Source: Ramazzottius varieornatus
Lineage: Eukaryota; Animalia; Tardigrada
NCBI GenBank assembly: GCA_001949185.1
Contig: BDGG01000023.1
Span: 186,001 to 250,000, forward strand
Length of the DNA: 64,000 bases
Reading direction: 5' to 3'
The translations under genes were made by a program, and so were the position numbers. Below the pieces are notes generated by a model. It made no database searches and was not told where the DNA came from. It was given only the letters and a program-made list of their open reading frames with translations. This document shows positions 1 to 12,159 of the stretch, piece by piece. How positions within the stretch are numbered: the stretch's first letter is position 1; each line of letters starts with the position of its first letter.

Positions 1-422
1 CGCCGGAGGGGAAACAACTTAGAGGAAAGGTATGCTAGCGGTCCAGTACAACCGTCTTCTTTGCGAGGAGGGCCGATACTGCTGAAAACCCGAACGAAAC
101 TTCACTGTGCTCTTCACGGACGAAGAAATTTGGGGATGTCTTGAACATACTAAGTAAAAACGGCATCGACGGTTAACATAAATCACAGAGGACCAAGCGT
201 ACGAAAAAAACAACACGGTAGAAAAAGAGCGAGGAACGATGAGCGGCAGACCCCGATGCAAGAGAAGCTAAACCTGAGCCCTGAGGTTGAAAGCTGACTA
301 AAACCCAAAAAAACATTTTGATTGTGGGTGTTTGCAACGCAACTTATACGAAAGAGGGGTGAACGCGGTGTTAGGAACTAAGAGGAAGGAAAGTGCGAGA
401 GTGTAGAGTAACTTTGACTTCT

Positions 423-3400
423 TTACCGCCCAGATGCAGCAGCATTGGCAATAAAGCCCGGTGTCCGTCGGTCGTCCACAAAGGGTTCTTCAACCTGCGG
501 TCCATGGAAACCCCGTGCGGCGTCCGCGTCTGATCCGACGGGACTCGTTAGGTTTCGCGCTTCGAAGTTCTGGAGGACCGGTGGGATGTACTCGCTGCGG
601 GCCCGTCTGGTGGGCGTACCGACGGGAGTGTTGGCTGGTGTGTCGATGTCGTCTTGACTGAACTCCTGCAGAAAATCCACTTTCAGTCTGCCTTTGTTAC
701 TTTGAGATTACTGAAGTTTCTCCTCAACAGACTTGGGGGCTCAGCAAACAGACTCCCCAAGCTTCTTTTACCAAGTGGCGCACGAATACAGTGTTACTGA
801 TTGACAATGTGCCCACTTGGGAAAATAATCTTGGCAAGTTCCCAACTGGCGCATGTTTCAAGCGTTTTTACCTGGAAGTGTGCGCCACTTGGAACACGAT
901 CTCGTGGAGTTGGCTTGTCGAGAAGTCAAATGCTTTTTTATTGCAATTTTTTTTATTTCTTAACTCCCGGGTTGAATTCTTTCTGACCTTCGCAAATTCC
1001 ATTCTAGTGGAATTTTTGAACTTACTTCGACCAGAGAAGCTTTGCTGAAAAGTCCGAACCAGCTAATGGCGATGTAAATGAGCCCGTTAATGACCAGTGA
1101 AGTGATCAGCAGAGCACTTTGAGCGTTCACCCCACCTGGGAAAATAAGCATGAACGTAAACACTGAATTTCTTGTGTCACTGAAAACCCCAAAAAATAAA
1201 TCGGGTGAACTAAAGGCGTGAAAACTAGGAAATTTTGTCTCACTGTCGCGGAAGGTAAAGAAGAAGATCATGACGCCGTTCTGGAGGAGGATGGCCACCA
1301 GGAAGTGATTGACGGCAGCTGCGTGGACGCTGTTGGGTGCTTCGGACTTGCCAAAGGCGTAGATGAGGTTGTAGCGATCGACAAGATGCTTCATGATCAA
1401 CGCGATGAGGCCGAAGAAGGTGATCATCGGACAGATGAACGAGTACACCGCCACAATGGTGAAGGTTAGCAAGAAGTCTGGATAGTATTCCATGAAGGGG
1501 AATACGTTCTTCAACTGTTTGAAAAGGAATCGACGTTAAATTTTTTCCGGTTGATCACCCTCCTCCGTACCTTTACATCTGGCTTTGATACTGTACAGGG
1601 TGATCCCTGTAGGTTGGAACGATTTTGAAAATTCGTGGTAAAGTCGCTTCTAGCTATACATTTCCGAACTTCAACTCGTTCGATAGAGCATGTCTTCATC
1701 TTGAATTTTTGTGAAAGTCTCCTCAACGAAACATTGATCGTTTGATTGCTGAGAGCCACTGAAAACATGAATTTTACGGGTAAAAAGTTGGAACCTCAGT
1801 TACATTATTTATATCTGACGGCCAAAACGACTACATTTCCTCACAAAATTTTGTGATGAAGGAAGTACGTCTCGACTGAATATTGGGAAATAAGCCGACC
1901 GCTCGAACACGCTGCGGACGGAGACACTGAAAATAGTCCAAAAAATACGCGGAAAATTTTGCCTACCCCCCTCAGTAACAGCAATTTTGTCGCTCACAGA
2001 TCCAACCATGTGCACGAACTCGTGAATGATATTTTTCTACTATATCTGGAAGGGTTTTCCAACAGAATAGCATCAGCGAAATTATTCTGAAACGTTTGGC
2101 ACGCAAACAAACCAGCCAGAAGTGCATTGCATGTTGGTTTTGCGAAAAATTTTTGATTTGCACCTACAGCAGTTCACGTCTTCAGCACTGTGCTCCTTCT
2201 GGACCACGACACCCCGGCAAGATTTTTACACAATGTTTTTGATAGTTGCACGTATCTAGGAACGAATTCTCGAAGAAGTGAAAGCACTGCTCATTTTTCT
2301 ATTCACGTTCAAAATCGTTCCGACTCATAGGGATCACCCTGCATATAGACCGTCTACCGTATTTGGGTTCAGGAAAGATGCAAACTTGATGGTGTTCACA
2401 CACATGCATTCATGCTAACCGCGGGTATGTGCATCCATTACGAGTATGCAGGTTTGCGAAAAACTATCTCGTATTGTACACTGGAGTCCGCGAAATTAAC
2501 AATCCTTTATCGTCATCGAATTTGAAACTTACTCGAGCGACGATGTAACGATCAGCTTCCGACTGAGCACAGCAGAAGAAGCGACATAGGAAGACAAAGA
2601 GCTGTCCAAAGCGTAACAGCCGAACCCCCGTCCCGATGAAGGCTGATGTGATCATCAAGTTGACGAACAGCGAACCGTTGTCCGGCAAAAAGACGCACCT
2701 ACAAACAGGAAGCGATCATTTACTCCTCTTCATCATACCATACGGACGCACAAACATACTCACCGCCATTTCAAGTTCTTCGCGATGCATTGGAAAGTAC
2801 TGTCTTGACAATTCAAGACAGCTTTGAACAAACCATCGACACTAAAACACAAAACAATCAGAAAATTTGGGCAACGATCAATATGCTTGACCAGATCATT
2901 TTCCCAAATGGTCCACGCTTCCAGTAACATTGGCTGAAACAGTACGGCGCGTAGGACAACGGTCTGATCGAGTTCCAAAGTGGCGCACGTCTGCATTTAT
3001 TGGCGGAAATTGTGCGCCACTTGGGGAAATTTTGAATGCCGAGCTCTCACATAACAGCCGAAGCGTATAATTCAAGCGGAACACAACACATCAAAGACAC
3101 TGCCGTACCTGACAAGAGCCAGACTCGGTAGGATCAGAATGACAATCAGCAGGTAGGCGAAGAGCATCTTCATCTCCACGCGCATTTCCTTGGACTTTGT
3201 GTGGTACCGTGTGTACCATACCACGTAGTACAGCAAGACCGGGATCACACCAGCGACGGAGAGCAACAAGATGGTGGGTAGAAATTGGGCCATGAAGGGA
3301 ACCTGAAGTGACAAAGAAAGCACAGTTGGAAGATTTCTCAATAAAGTACTCACTAAGATGTCAGTACTGACTGCTGCCGTCCATTTTGGCAGCTCGATCT

Positions 3401-6400
3401 TTCCACTAGCAGATGCCGTAGTGTTGATCGGTTTCAGCATCAGAAACTGGAGGACCAACGGTGGTGTGGTGAGGAAAATCAGGAACATGATCAGCAACGT
3501 ATTCAACACGATGGCTTTGGCGTACCACATGAAGCCATTCGACGACAAATTCTCCCTACAGAAACGAGATTTCAAATTTTCTTCAAAGAAAACTACCCTT
3601 CTGTTGTGACAATATTGTGTTCACACAGAAGAATGTGTGCTTTCTGGTCCCGCATATACATTTCAAGTTCCATTTGGGAGCTCGACAAACGATCTCGACA
3701 ATATTGCTCTCCCAATTGGCGCACGGACTCACCGTCCATATCCGAAAGCATGTGCCACTTGGCAAAATGAAATCCGCGAGTCTGTTTGCCAAATCTCCAT
3801 TTAACTTTTTTACTCGGCTCTTCCTTTCTTCTCAACTCCTTCTCGAAGTCATTTTTAACCGAGGCACTCTTGGGCTGCGTTTCGTAAGTCAAAAACCCTA
3901 GTTGACTACCAGCTTTTTCACACGTGACTGAAGACGTCACGAACGGGGAGGTGTTGGGTTAACGTTCAACTAGCATAAAAAGGCTAGTTAACGGTTAACC
4001 CGATTCAATCAAGCACGCGTAACTCACAGTGCAATTTGATTGTCCAAGCTCGTCCTTTTCAAGCATCTTTCCAATGTTCGTTCTTAGCCGTGACGTCATC
4101 AATCACGTGTCGGGTTATGAACTAGGGTTGAATTACGAAACGCAGCCTCAGTCTTACCAGTTGACCATCGGTGGACTTGGTGCCAACCGGGCTGTCCAGT
4201 GCGCGGCTCCGATGGCGTCCGAGACTGATGTCCGTGGGTGGCCCTTGTAGAATTTTGCGGCATTGTACTCTTTGTAGACCCTTTAAAAAGCGTTATATAT
4301 AGCGTAAACACCATCAATTTTTGCAAAGAAAACTGTAGTCTACCTGCTGACCATGTCTTCGCTCGCAAAGGAGACAAAAAAGACCGGATTGGTCGACTTC
4401 CATCCCTGTACCTTCTCCGAAATCTTCTTCTCCAGCTCGGCTTTCTTACTTTGGTAGTAGTCGACTGCATCAACCTTTTGAAAAGAATTTAGTTTAGTAC
4501 TGGGGACACTGACGATTTTTCCAGCATACTCACTCCATCGAAGCATTTGGCACAACAATATCCCTTCTCAATAACCAGCGGTCTCTCTGATCGCTCCTTC
4601 ATGGAGATTTCATAGTAGCGTAACGCGCGATCGACCCACGTCAGTTGATAGTCCAGCTTGTTGAGCTGCGCAACGTCCAACGTAAGGAAAACTCGCGTCA
4701 CTTCCACTTCCGGGAAGGCTTCTCTGGAAGACCCACCCATCCATTAGACTTACTGTACGACGATCACAGAACTGCTAGTTTCCCACCGGAAATGTTGAAT
4801 AATTTTCTCTTCCGTCGTAACTCGCGCTTTCAGCCCGTTAAACATGAGGGTCTTCGGAAGCCGCTGCGGAGTTCGTTTCGTCAGACGGAACTGCATGCCG
4901 TAGTTGTACATTATCAAGATGGCCATGGGGAAAATGGCGATGGTAAAGACGACGTGCACCCACAAGGTTTCACTCCTACAAAGCAGGCAAACTAGTACGA
5001 ACAGTCAGATTCCAAGTGAGAAGTTGGCTCGCCTTACTTAGGATCGACATTTCCGATGGTGGTGGCGGGAAACGTGTTGTTAGGGTTGTAATGTAGCGTC
5101 CCTCCGAAGTTGACCGGCATGATGACGACCAGCGCCACGATCATCAAGAACCCAGCGAATGCAATGACGTGACGCTGGAAACGCAGGTATTCCAGTGCAG
5201 CAGGACCGCATCGATCCAGCAGTGTCTCATCCCTGTTAGGAACAATCAACTCAAAACACCAACAAAAGCGATAGCAAGAACCCAAAACCATTTTCTTCCG
5301 GATATAGCGAAACGACGTTACTGAGAACTGCCGTACGTACGCACAAGAACACGTACTAACAAGGAGAGTATTCCAATCCGCCGCCTCTGATCCGCCAAAG
5401 GCAGGACAGGTGGAAAGAGGAGAATGTCCTTCCCAGTCTGAACCAAAAACCTAATCATCATTCTGTTCCTGGAAGAAACTGCGGGAGCGAAAGTGATAAA
5501 AATTCAGTGGTTATAGAATGGACCTTGTGACTGGTGGTGCTGAGTCTGTCGAATTGGCCTGTCGCATTTTCTTCCAGGAACGGAATAATGACTGAGTTTT
5601 CGGCTCAGACTGTGGAAGAGACTCGCCCCCTTCCATCTGTGTTGTCGGTTTGGGGATCGAAGGAGGCGGATTGGAAATAATTCCCTTGTAAGCTGAAGTG
5701 AGGACGTCATGTGTGAGCGCAGCGGCACTTCCGGTTACCGTTCTAAATTACGTCACGGGACCGATCGGGACTTCCGTACCTACCAGATCCAACAGAATAT
5801 CATGAAACTATTCCATACCTGCCCAGAATCGCGTTCTTTAACCAACTCATGAAAAGCTGCCGATCAGACAAATCGTCAGGGGATCTATCGTGTGGCAGGA
5901 TATTGACATCGTGCCCGTCGGGTGGGGAATCCGGCGACAGTTTTTCTGGCGTGCTCGGCGTATTCAGAGCGGAAGGGGTATCTTGCAGCGCTCGGGGATT
6001 GCCATAAAAAATTGACGACCACCTGAAAAGATAAGAACATCCAGGGGATGTCACAAAACGCATCGGCAATAGTCGCAATCATTACGTATCGATCGAGTAG
6101 CTACTCGAGTTAGTGAATATGGCAGGCCGCTGGGGTAAATTACAATAAGCAAATAATGCATATCTTAGTGACAAACACCCACCACAATGACCAAAATTCG
6201 AATTTAGGGATAATTTCAGCATAACCCACTCGTTTGTGCGCCGTCCGACTAAAGGGATCAGCGAGCTTCCCCATCCTCTTTTCCTAAGCACGATAAACGT
6301 CCCCAATAAGCCCTGAAACAAGGATATGGAAAGTGCGTCTAGACAGTGTTGTGAAAAGGAATGGGAAGATTACGTACAGCGAAGAAGATCAAATTTAGAA

Positions 6401-6533
6401 TGAGGTTTTGGGGAATCCCGCTGAACGCGTTGCCTAGACTCAGTGCGAAGGGATCACCGATCGTTCCATCGCGGATGCCACATTCATCGGCGTCGGGATT
6501 CGGGGCTTTAGTTGTGGTGGAGGTGTTAGCCAT
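423..6533 (-). CDS. TMEM63: TMEM63/OSCA/CSC1-family mechanosensitive (hyperosmolarity-gated) cation channel, 15 coding exons
   Basis: Exons joined at GT-AG sites: 6533-6378, 6312-6230, 6022-5819, 5232-5038, 4975-4787, 4723-4534, 4474-4344, 4280-4028, 3555-3372, 3302-3109, 2841-2764, 2698-2533, 1514-1244, 1135-1026, 665-423. Family motifs: GIPQNLILN, CGPAALEYLRFQRHVI, TTIGNV, FLTTP, FLPDNGSLFVNLMITSAFIG, YSFICPMITFFGL..KHLVDRYNL. Confidence 0.93.
734..928. repeat. Palindromic N25 motif-pair family copy (dimer), TMEM63 last intron
   Basis: ccaagtggcgcac-25 nt-gtgcccacttgg (771-820) and ccaactggcgcat-25 nt-gtgcgccacttgg (842-892). Confidence 0.8.
1596..2341. mobile_element. Non-autonomous Tc1/mariner-type MITE in TMEM63 intron
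   Basis: About 34-bp TIRs CAGGGTGATCCCT..GGAACGATTTTGAA / TTCAAAATCGTTCC..AGGGATCACCCTG. TA on the left flank, degenerate on the right; no coding capacity. Confidence 0.75.
2867..3050. repeat. Palindromic N25 motif-pair family copy (dimer, first unit degenerate), TMEM63 intron
   Basis: caaagtggcgcac-23 nt-gtgcgccacttgg at 2976-3024, preceded by a degenerate unit at about 2903-2955. Confidence 0.7.
3675..3800. repeat. Palindromic N25 motif-pair family copy, TMEM63 intron
   Basis: ccaattggcgcac-25 nt-atgtgccacttgg at 3712-3762 with degenerate outer arms. Confidence 0.7.
5356..5692. mobile_element. Foldback/MITE with about 130-bp imperfect inverted arms, TMEM63 intron
   Basis: 5370-5485 (tattccaatccgcc...cagtctgaacc...gttcctggaagaaa) is the imperfect reverse complement of 5567-5680 (tttcttccaggaac...ggctcagactg...ggcggattggaaata). 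Confidence 0.7.
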
Positions 6534-7977
6534 CTTCGGTCAGAAGTACTTCAGGGATAGATTATACAGTGGGCATACTTTTCCTTTCTTGCCCCTCCAC
6601 GCCGATCAGATCTTTTCCCAGGAAAAGCTACCATCCACTACAACGTTTCTGTAACAACGAATACCGATTATTCCTTGCTCAATTTCCGTAATCCCACGTT
6701 ACACCTGCCAACATCCATCACCATAAAAAATATGGGCGACATACACTTACAGAGCGATATCGAGAAACGGAGCAATGCCGAGGAAGATAAACGAAGTAAA
6801 CAGCTGATACGAAATTTAGAAAAGTTACGGTATTACAGTAGAAATTTAGAATTCAATCATTTCAATGGAATTTATAATCCATGGCCGTCAATCAATACTT
6901 TCTCAGTTGATTGGCATAGGGGCTGCGTCACACAATCAACATCCACTTGTCCACAGCGCCTACCGGACACTTCAGCCACGTAGGATGACCACTCCGGACG
7001 AATGGTCTAATTGCTCGTCGTCACCGCCGTGGCGCAGTTCGTCAGAAACGAGCCGGATCCCGGAAGTCCGATAGAGGCACCGATCACATCCCGGCCCGCG
7101 ACCGATGGGAAGTCTTCACCATCACTCTTTCAGACAATTTCAGAAAATGAAGAGGTTCAGCAGCCTTCCAAAAGGTGCGACTTTCCATACAGCTTTCCAA
7201 CAGGTACGGCAGGTGATGGGATGGCACCATATGGTAACTTGGGATATCGAACGTGTGTGCTGCTGTCGGTGCCCCGGCGAAGGCGTGGGGTGAAATTGAA
7301 TCATTGGGATTGGTTTCCACAACAGCTACACCGCCTGTGTGACGGTGTTTTGGCGATGAAAACAGGACAGTCGATAATACCGTACGTACTACATCGCAGT
7401 CGTACGAGGCATTTGAAGGATTGCGAACGTTCGCCGCCCACGAGCTGCCGTATACTGACAGTTGTAAGTAAGCAAAGTACTTGCCAGTTTGCCACCGGAA
7501 AACGTGTCATAAAATTAACCAAGCATTACAAAACACCGACTGTGGTTAAAGACTTGAGAAAGAAAGCTCGAGGGTCGTCGTTGATCCAGAAAGGATGCAG
7601 AACACTGGCGCTGCCGAGACTTTATGGAAAATTCCATAAGACCGCTTGTATAATGGCTAGAATGATCTTACAACCAGTGGTTAAACCGAACAGATTTCGC
7701 TTTTGGAATTCTCGAACTTTTAACAGTTTACAAAGCAGTGACAGTCAAGAAGCAGAGCTAGTATTATCGAAGTTTTCTGTAAAACGGTGAAACGGCTTTG
7801 GCACTTGAGCAAAGAACGATGCACGTTGGATACTGAACCAATGCCGAGAGAATGAGAAAAAGAGACTCCTTACAAAAAAATGCAACCATACACAAAACAG
7901 CAAACTAAAATATTCAAAAACTCCTCCAGTACGAAAGGAGAAGGAAATAAACAATACTGAGACCATCGAGAGAACAG

Positions 7978-10227
7978 TTATCTGCTTCCGGTCGTCGCCG
8001 TTACGCGGTCCTTACCGCGCGATCGATAACGCCTCCATATGTTGGAGATGGGAACGGGAAGAAAGATTAGTCCACCCGCCAGCATCATGATGCCGAAGAT
8101 CTTGAAGGTTCGGTAATAATCACCGTCAGCGTCAACAATCGCACCTACAAAGCAAGGCAATTTCAGGCGGATTTATAGCAGAATCTCTTCACTTCCGGTC
8201 AACTTCGTGTTGTTGACTTATGCCTTCTTGCTTCGTCTTACCAGCCGCAGGACTTCCAATAAGCGCTGAGAAACCCAAAACGAACAACGAAACTCCAAAA
8301 GCACCGGAAAAGAGGTCGATACCGACAATTTCCGTCATGACGATGGACTGGAGTGCGATGATAATTCCTGCAAGCCAATAATATAGGCGTAGAATCGATA
8401 CAAAAAAGATCGCACTCTATTTGGTACCTCCGGTCCATCCATAGATCCCGCCGTATATGGCGAATGCCGTGAAGGAGTTGCAGTAGACCGACGCGGTCGT
8501 GGCTATTCCGGAGATGATGAAGGCGGAAGTATACAGCAACTGGGTGTTGCACCACGGCTGAACCGACAAGAGGCCGGACAGCAGCCTTCCTACCAGGTTG
8601 CATCCGCCTGTTATGGATACCAAAAGGCCCGTGTCGGATGCAGTACTTCCGATTTCTTTTATTGCTCGATGCGTCAGGTAAGTGAAGGGAATATAACCTG
8701 CAAACGGAGAGAATCAACAGTAAGATCTCACTGTCGTAAATAACACGTAATTGTGTTATTTACGCAATGTCATGTCATACAATGTCACATTAAGACCCAG
8801 GTCAAGTCGCGCACAAACAGGTACTGCGCAGCTTGACCAGGGCGCCTCGCCGTTGTCAGTTTTCTGTACTGCTTCATCGCATTACTTGCTATTTTACCTG
8901 CAATGCCAGCGGTAAAGACGACGACCAACAGGACCCAGTACTGCCAGAGACTGAACCAAGGCATCTTGAAGACGATCTTCTCCCAGAAGCCAGTATTCGG
9001 GTCCAGCGTTGTGGGTACTCCGTCTTTCACTGGTGGCGTCTTCTTCTCCAGCTCTTCCATCTCCAGCGAGTTCTTTCGGTCGGTCCGACTGGCCTTTCCT
9101 CGATTTCTCTTGCCCTCATCGGCAGCCGAACGGAGCAGCGCAGCGAAGATCAGAACGTGAAGCACGACTGCCCCTTCCCACAGCAGACAACCACGAAGAC
9201 CATACTCCTCAATCAAGATGGGGATTATCGTGGAGAAGCCCCAAATCCCGATACCCGAACCGCAGACTGCGATGCCCATGGCAAGAGGGCGACGCTTGTC
9301 GAACCATGTGGCGACACTGACAATGGCCGGAAGGTACACACCCCCAAAACCAATACCTGGAATAGAAACATCGAAATAAAGACCGCAGTTCAAAAATTCA
9401 CTAATAAATCTGGGGTTGGATCCCGAGCGAGGTAAAGCTATCGTCCACATAGCCAGATCGCAAGAGCCTCCCAAATGGAATTTTCAGGTGGATTTTTCTT
9501 GGGGAAAGGCAACTAGTAACAGAGTTGACAACGTGACGGAAGTTATAAAATTACCCATGATTAATCCATAGGTGACGATCAAGTGCCATGTCTGTCTTGC
9601 AAAGGATCCGGAAACAGCTCCAATAAACGCCAACAATCCTCCGCAGAATGCCACTGTCCGATAGCTGTATTTGGCCGAGAGAATACTGGAAACAGGACCT
9701 GCAACATCCGGAGAAAAAGATATCACCCAAGGGCAATGTTCCAGTCAATGGTAGAGAGTTGATTGGATGAAAATCAAGTCTGTGTAAAGAATTCAAGTAC
9801 CACAGAAGAACGTAGTTCCCATCAGCATGGATACAATCCAGGCAGCCGCTGACTTTGAAGCTTGAAACTCTTCCAGGATAGGAGGAAAGAGCATGCCAAA
9901 GGAGAAGGTTAGACCGTCGAGGATGACATGGATCATAAAGACTGCAAAGACGATCACCCAGCCATAGCCACCGTCCGGCGCTTTCGTTTCATTCTTGGCC
10001 GTGTTGTCGGTGGAGCTCAAAGGGTTGGTCAGGTCTGTAGCATCCCCTGTTTCGATGGATAGCCGCCTTTCCCGCGTGGATACCCGATCGGATATCATCG
10101 AGGGCTCCTTTTCGTCCGGCCGATACGCAGGTGGAGGAGTGACTGTGCGCGTCACGACGGTTACAGTCGTTTCTTGCACCGGCGCGTCGCCTTTCCCACC
10201 TTCGTTCCAGTCTACTGTTGTCGTCAT
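7978..10227 (-). CDS. SLC16/monocarboxylate transporter family (MFS), 6 coding exons
   Basis: Exons 10227-9801, 9698-9555, 9356-8898, 8697-8428, 8367-8242, 8144-7978 in consistent phase. Motifs APDGGYGWVIV, WFDKRRPLAMGIAVCGSGIG, GYIPFTYL, NLVGRLLSG. An acceptor just before the ATG (10231) implies an upstream non-coding exon. Confidence 0.9.
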
Positions 10228-10838
10228 GATCTGCAAACGACAGGAAATAACAAGCGGACGTGAGACGCGAGTATGGTCCAGTAGGAGAAGTCCAGCGAGC
10301 ATGCCTCTCTGCTTGCAACAAATCAGCAAAGCTGCAAAGATGGCCACCAAAGATACTGGACAACCCGCTCCGCCTCGCTTCAGTGAACCTTTGACGCTTC
10401 GCAAGCCCTTTGGTATGGTAGCTAAAGCGAATTTAAGCCTACCCGAGCGTTGCTGTACACCCAGAGGCGCACCACGATTGGGGAATTTTGTGTGTTGCGT
10501 ACTGTGCGGAATGACTCAGGCGAAGCGAAGAAGGTAAATCAAAGGCAATTCAATTGACTTTTTGGATCTTTTCCAATCGGCATTTCCGGTCAAATTCTGG
10601 ATTTCCCGTTGCAGCTCTCCTGTTGTTTCTGTCTTGATCGGATCCATACTGTGCAATGTGCGGATTTGGCTGAATGGTCGAACAACAATGAGCTGTTCGT
10701 TGCAGGTTGTTGGACGGACGATACGGGTGAGTCAATGACTCAAGGCCGACGATGAAAAGTTTAGCACTTGAGCGGACGGGGGAGCTTTCAACGCTGTTAG
10801 GACAAGTCCCTGCTACGTGTTGCGCATTATTTTCTTGC

Positions 10839-11788
10839 ATGCATGCATGGAGCGTGGGTGAAATGAGAACGAGTGATGAGACTTCGGTGTCGCAACTCGC
10901 ATATACTTTGTACATGTGGTTTTGCTTCTTTGCAGAGTGCGCTCCGGATTCCGTCTGCCTTCCGGCTATGCCTCTCAAACCTCTCAACTTTCACTCCCCA
11001 GGTAAGTCTCGAGTTTGGACTCAGAATTATCAGCTTGGTGAATTTTCGTCTTGGTGCAGGAAAGTACAAGAGGAGGAAAGGCATTTCGGAAGAACGAGTT
11101 TGCAGCCTTGGGTTTCGAGAATCTGGCTGATGACGTCACAGTGGTACAGCGTCGTACAGGAAACCAGTTTGATCTGCCGAGTTTACTCCCAACGGGAAAT
11201 GATTCAAGTTGGCGGCAGTTCCTTCTCCATTGTCCCGCTCCTCTCCCGCCAGGACAGTATCCGTTCATCATACCACCTCACTTTCCGATAATAGCACCGC
11301 TGGATCGAAGAATCATCGACCAGATACTGCCCTCTGTATCCGACATTGAGAAGTGCGACCCTGCACCTGAAGCTAACAGGGGGATTCAAGCACCCACGGC
11401 GGACCATCTGAAGATCGAATATCAAGCAGCCCGACTTATAAAGATTCGTCGCTCCAAGATGAACAAGCACAAGTATAGGAAGCTGCGGAAGCGAATGGGT
11501 CATATCTGGACCAAGTACAGGAACCGAAGAAAGATGCGAAGGCTGAAGGAGTTTGACAGCAAGCTGGCTGCCATTGTGGCTAAAGCGAAAGCGTTTGATC
11601 CGGAAGTGTACGTGAGGAACTTCATCGTGATGGCCAAAGAATCACAGAAAGCTGCGGAGGAAGCACTGAACTCTTCGGGAAAAGCTATCAACCGGAAACG
11701 CATCAGAATGAAGTATGGACATGTCAACCACGAAACTGGCGAGTTTTTCCAAAAACCGTACGAACCGCCAGCTAAATTTAGAAAATAG
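10839..11788 (+). CDS. AURKAIP1: Mitochondrial ribosomal protein mS38 / Aurora kinase A-interacting protein (DUF1713/COX24-type)
   Basis: Exons about 10839-10853 (start uncertain, could be 10752), 10936-11001, 11060-11788. Hallmark basic motif AARLIKIRRSKMNKHKYRKLRKR; the N-terminus is Arg/Ser/Leu-rich like a mitochondrial presequence. Confidence 0.8.
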
Positions 11789-12159
11789 ATTTGGATTTCG
11801 TGGGTTGTTTCTAGCTCCGTTCGAGCTCTTGACTGGTTTTCTGTATATGGTGATGATGTCCCACAAATTAAATTATAAAGCAAGGAGCCATAGTTTCGAA
11901 AGAAAGAAACAAAGAAGGAAAGAAGAGCGTAAGTATGAGCAAAACGAACTTCTTGGGTTACTTCGTCAAAAGTTTGCAGCGACCACGGCCATCTTCCCGT
12001 AAAGCAGAGACTCCTTGTTTCAACTTCTTTCTGTCCTCGGGCGAATCGTAAACCTGAACGTCAAGATCGGTCGTTCCGCCGTCGACCGTATCCAACTGGA
12101 ACTTCATGCTGCGAGGAGGTGGAGAACCTTTGAGCAACTCGTATCAATACTTAATCAAA

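Noticed and set aside
734-928. CRISPR array interpretation of the motif-spacer-motif repeats
   Set aside because: Eukaryotic intronic context, inverted rather than direct repeats, at most two units per locus, and no cas genes.
1136-1243. Stop-free in-frame introns (also 3303-3371, 53701-53763, 50761-50850) as regulated intron retention
   Set aside because: With dozens of short introns, several 3n stop-free cases are expected by chance. There is no evidence without RNA-seq.
7011-7790. 259-codon plus-strand ORF
   Set aside because: Non-ATG start, no domain and no convincing splice structure. It lies between the MCT 3' end and the TMEM63 5' end and is probably chance or antisense to UTR.
8736-8763. 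Perfect 11-bp hairpin gtaaataacac/gtgttatttac in an MCT intron
   Set aside because: Single, AT-rich and not seen elsewhere in the window; no function can be supported.
8833-10537. Long plus-strand ORFs (8833-9435, 9995-10537) and similar shadow ORFs over the GPCR, SLC22 and SK genes
   Set aside because: Antisense or alternative-frame shadows of real exons.
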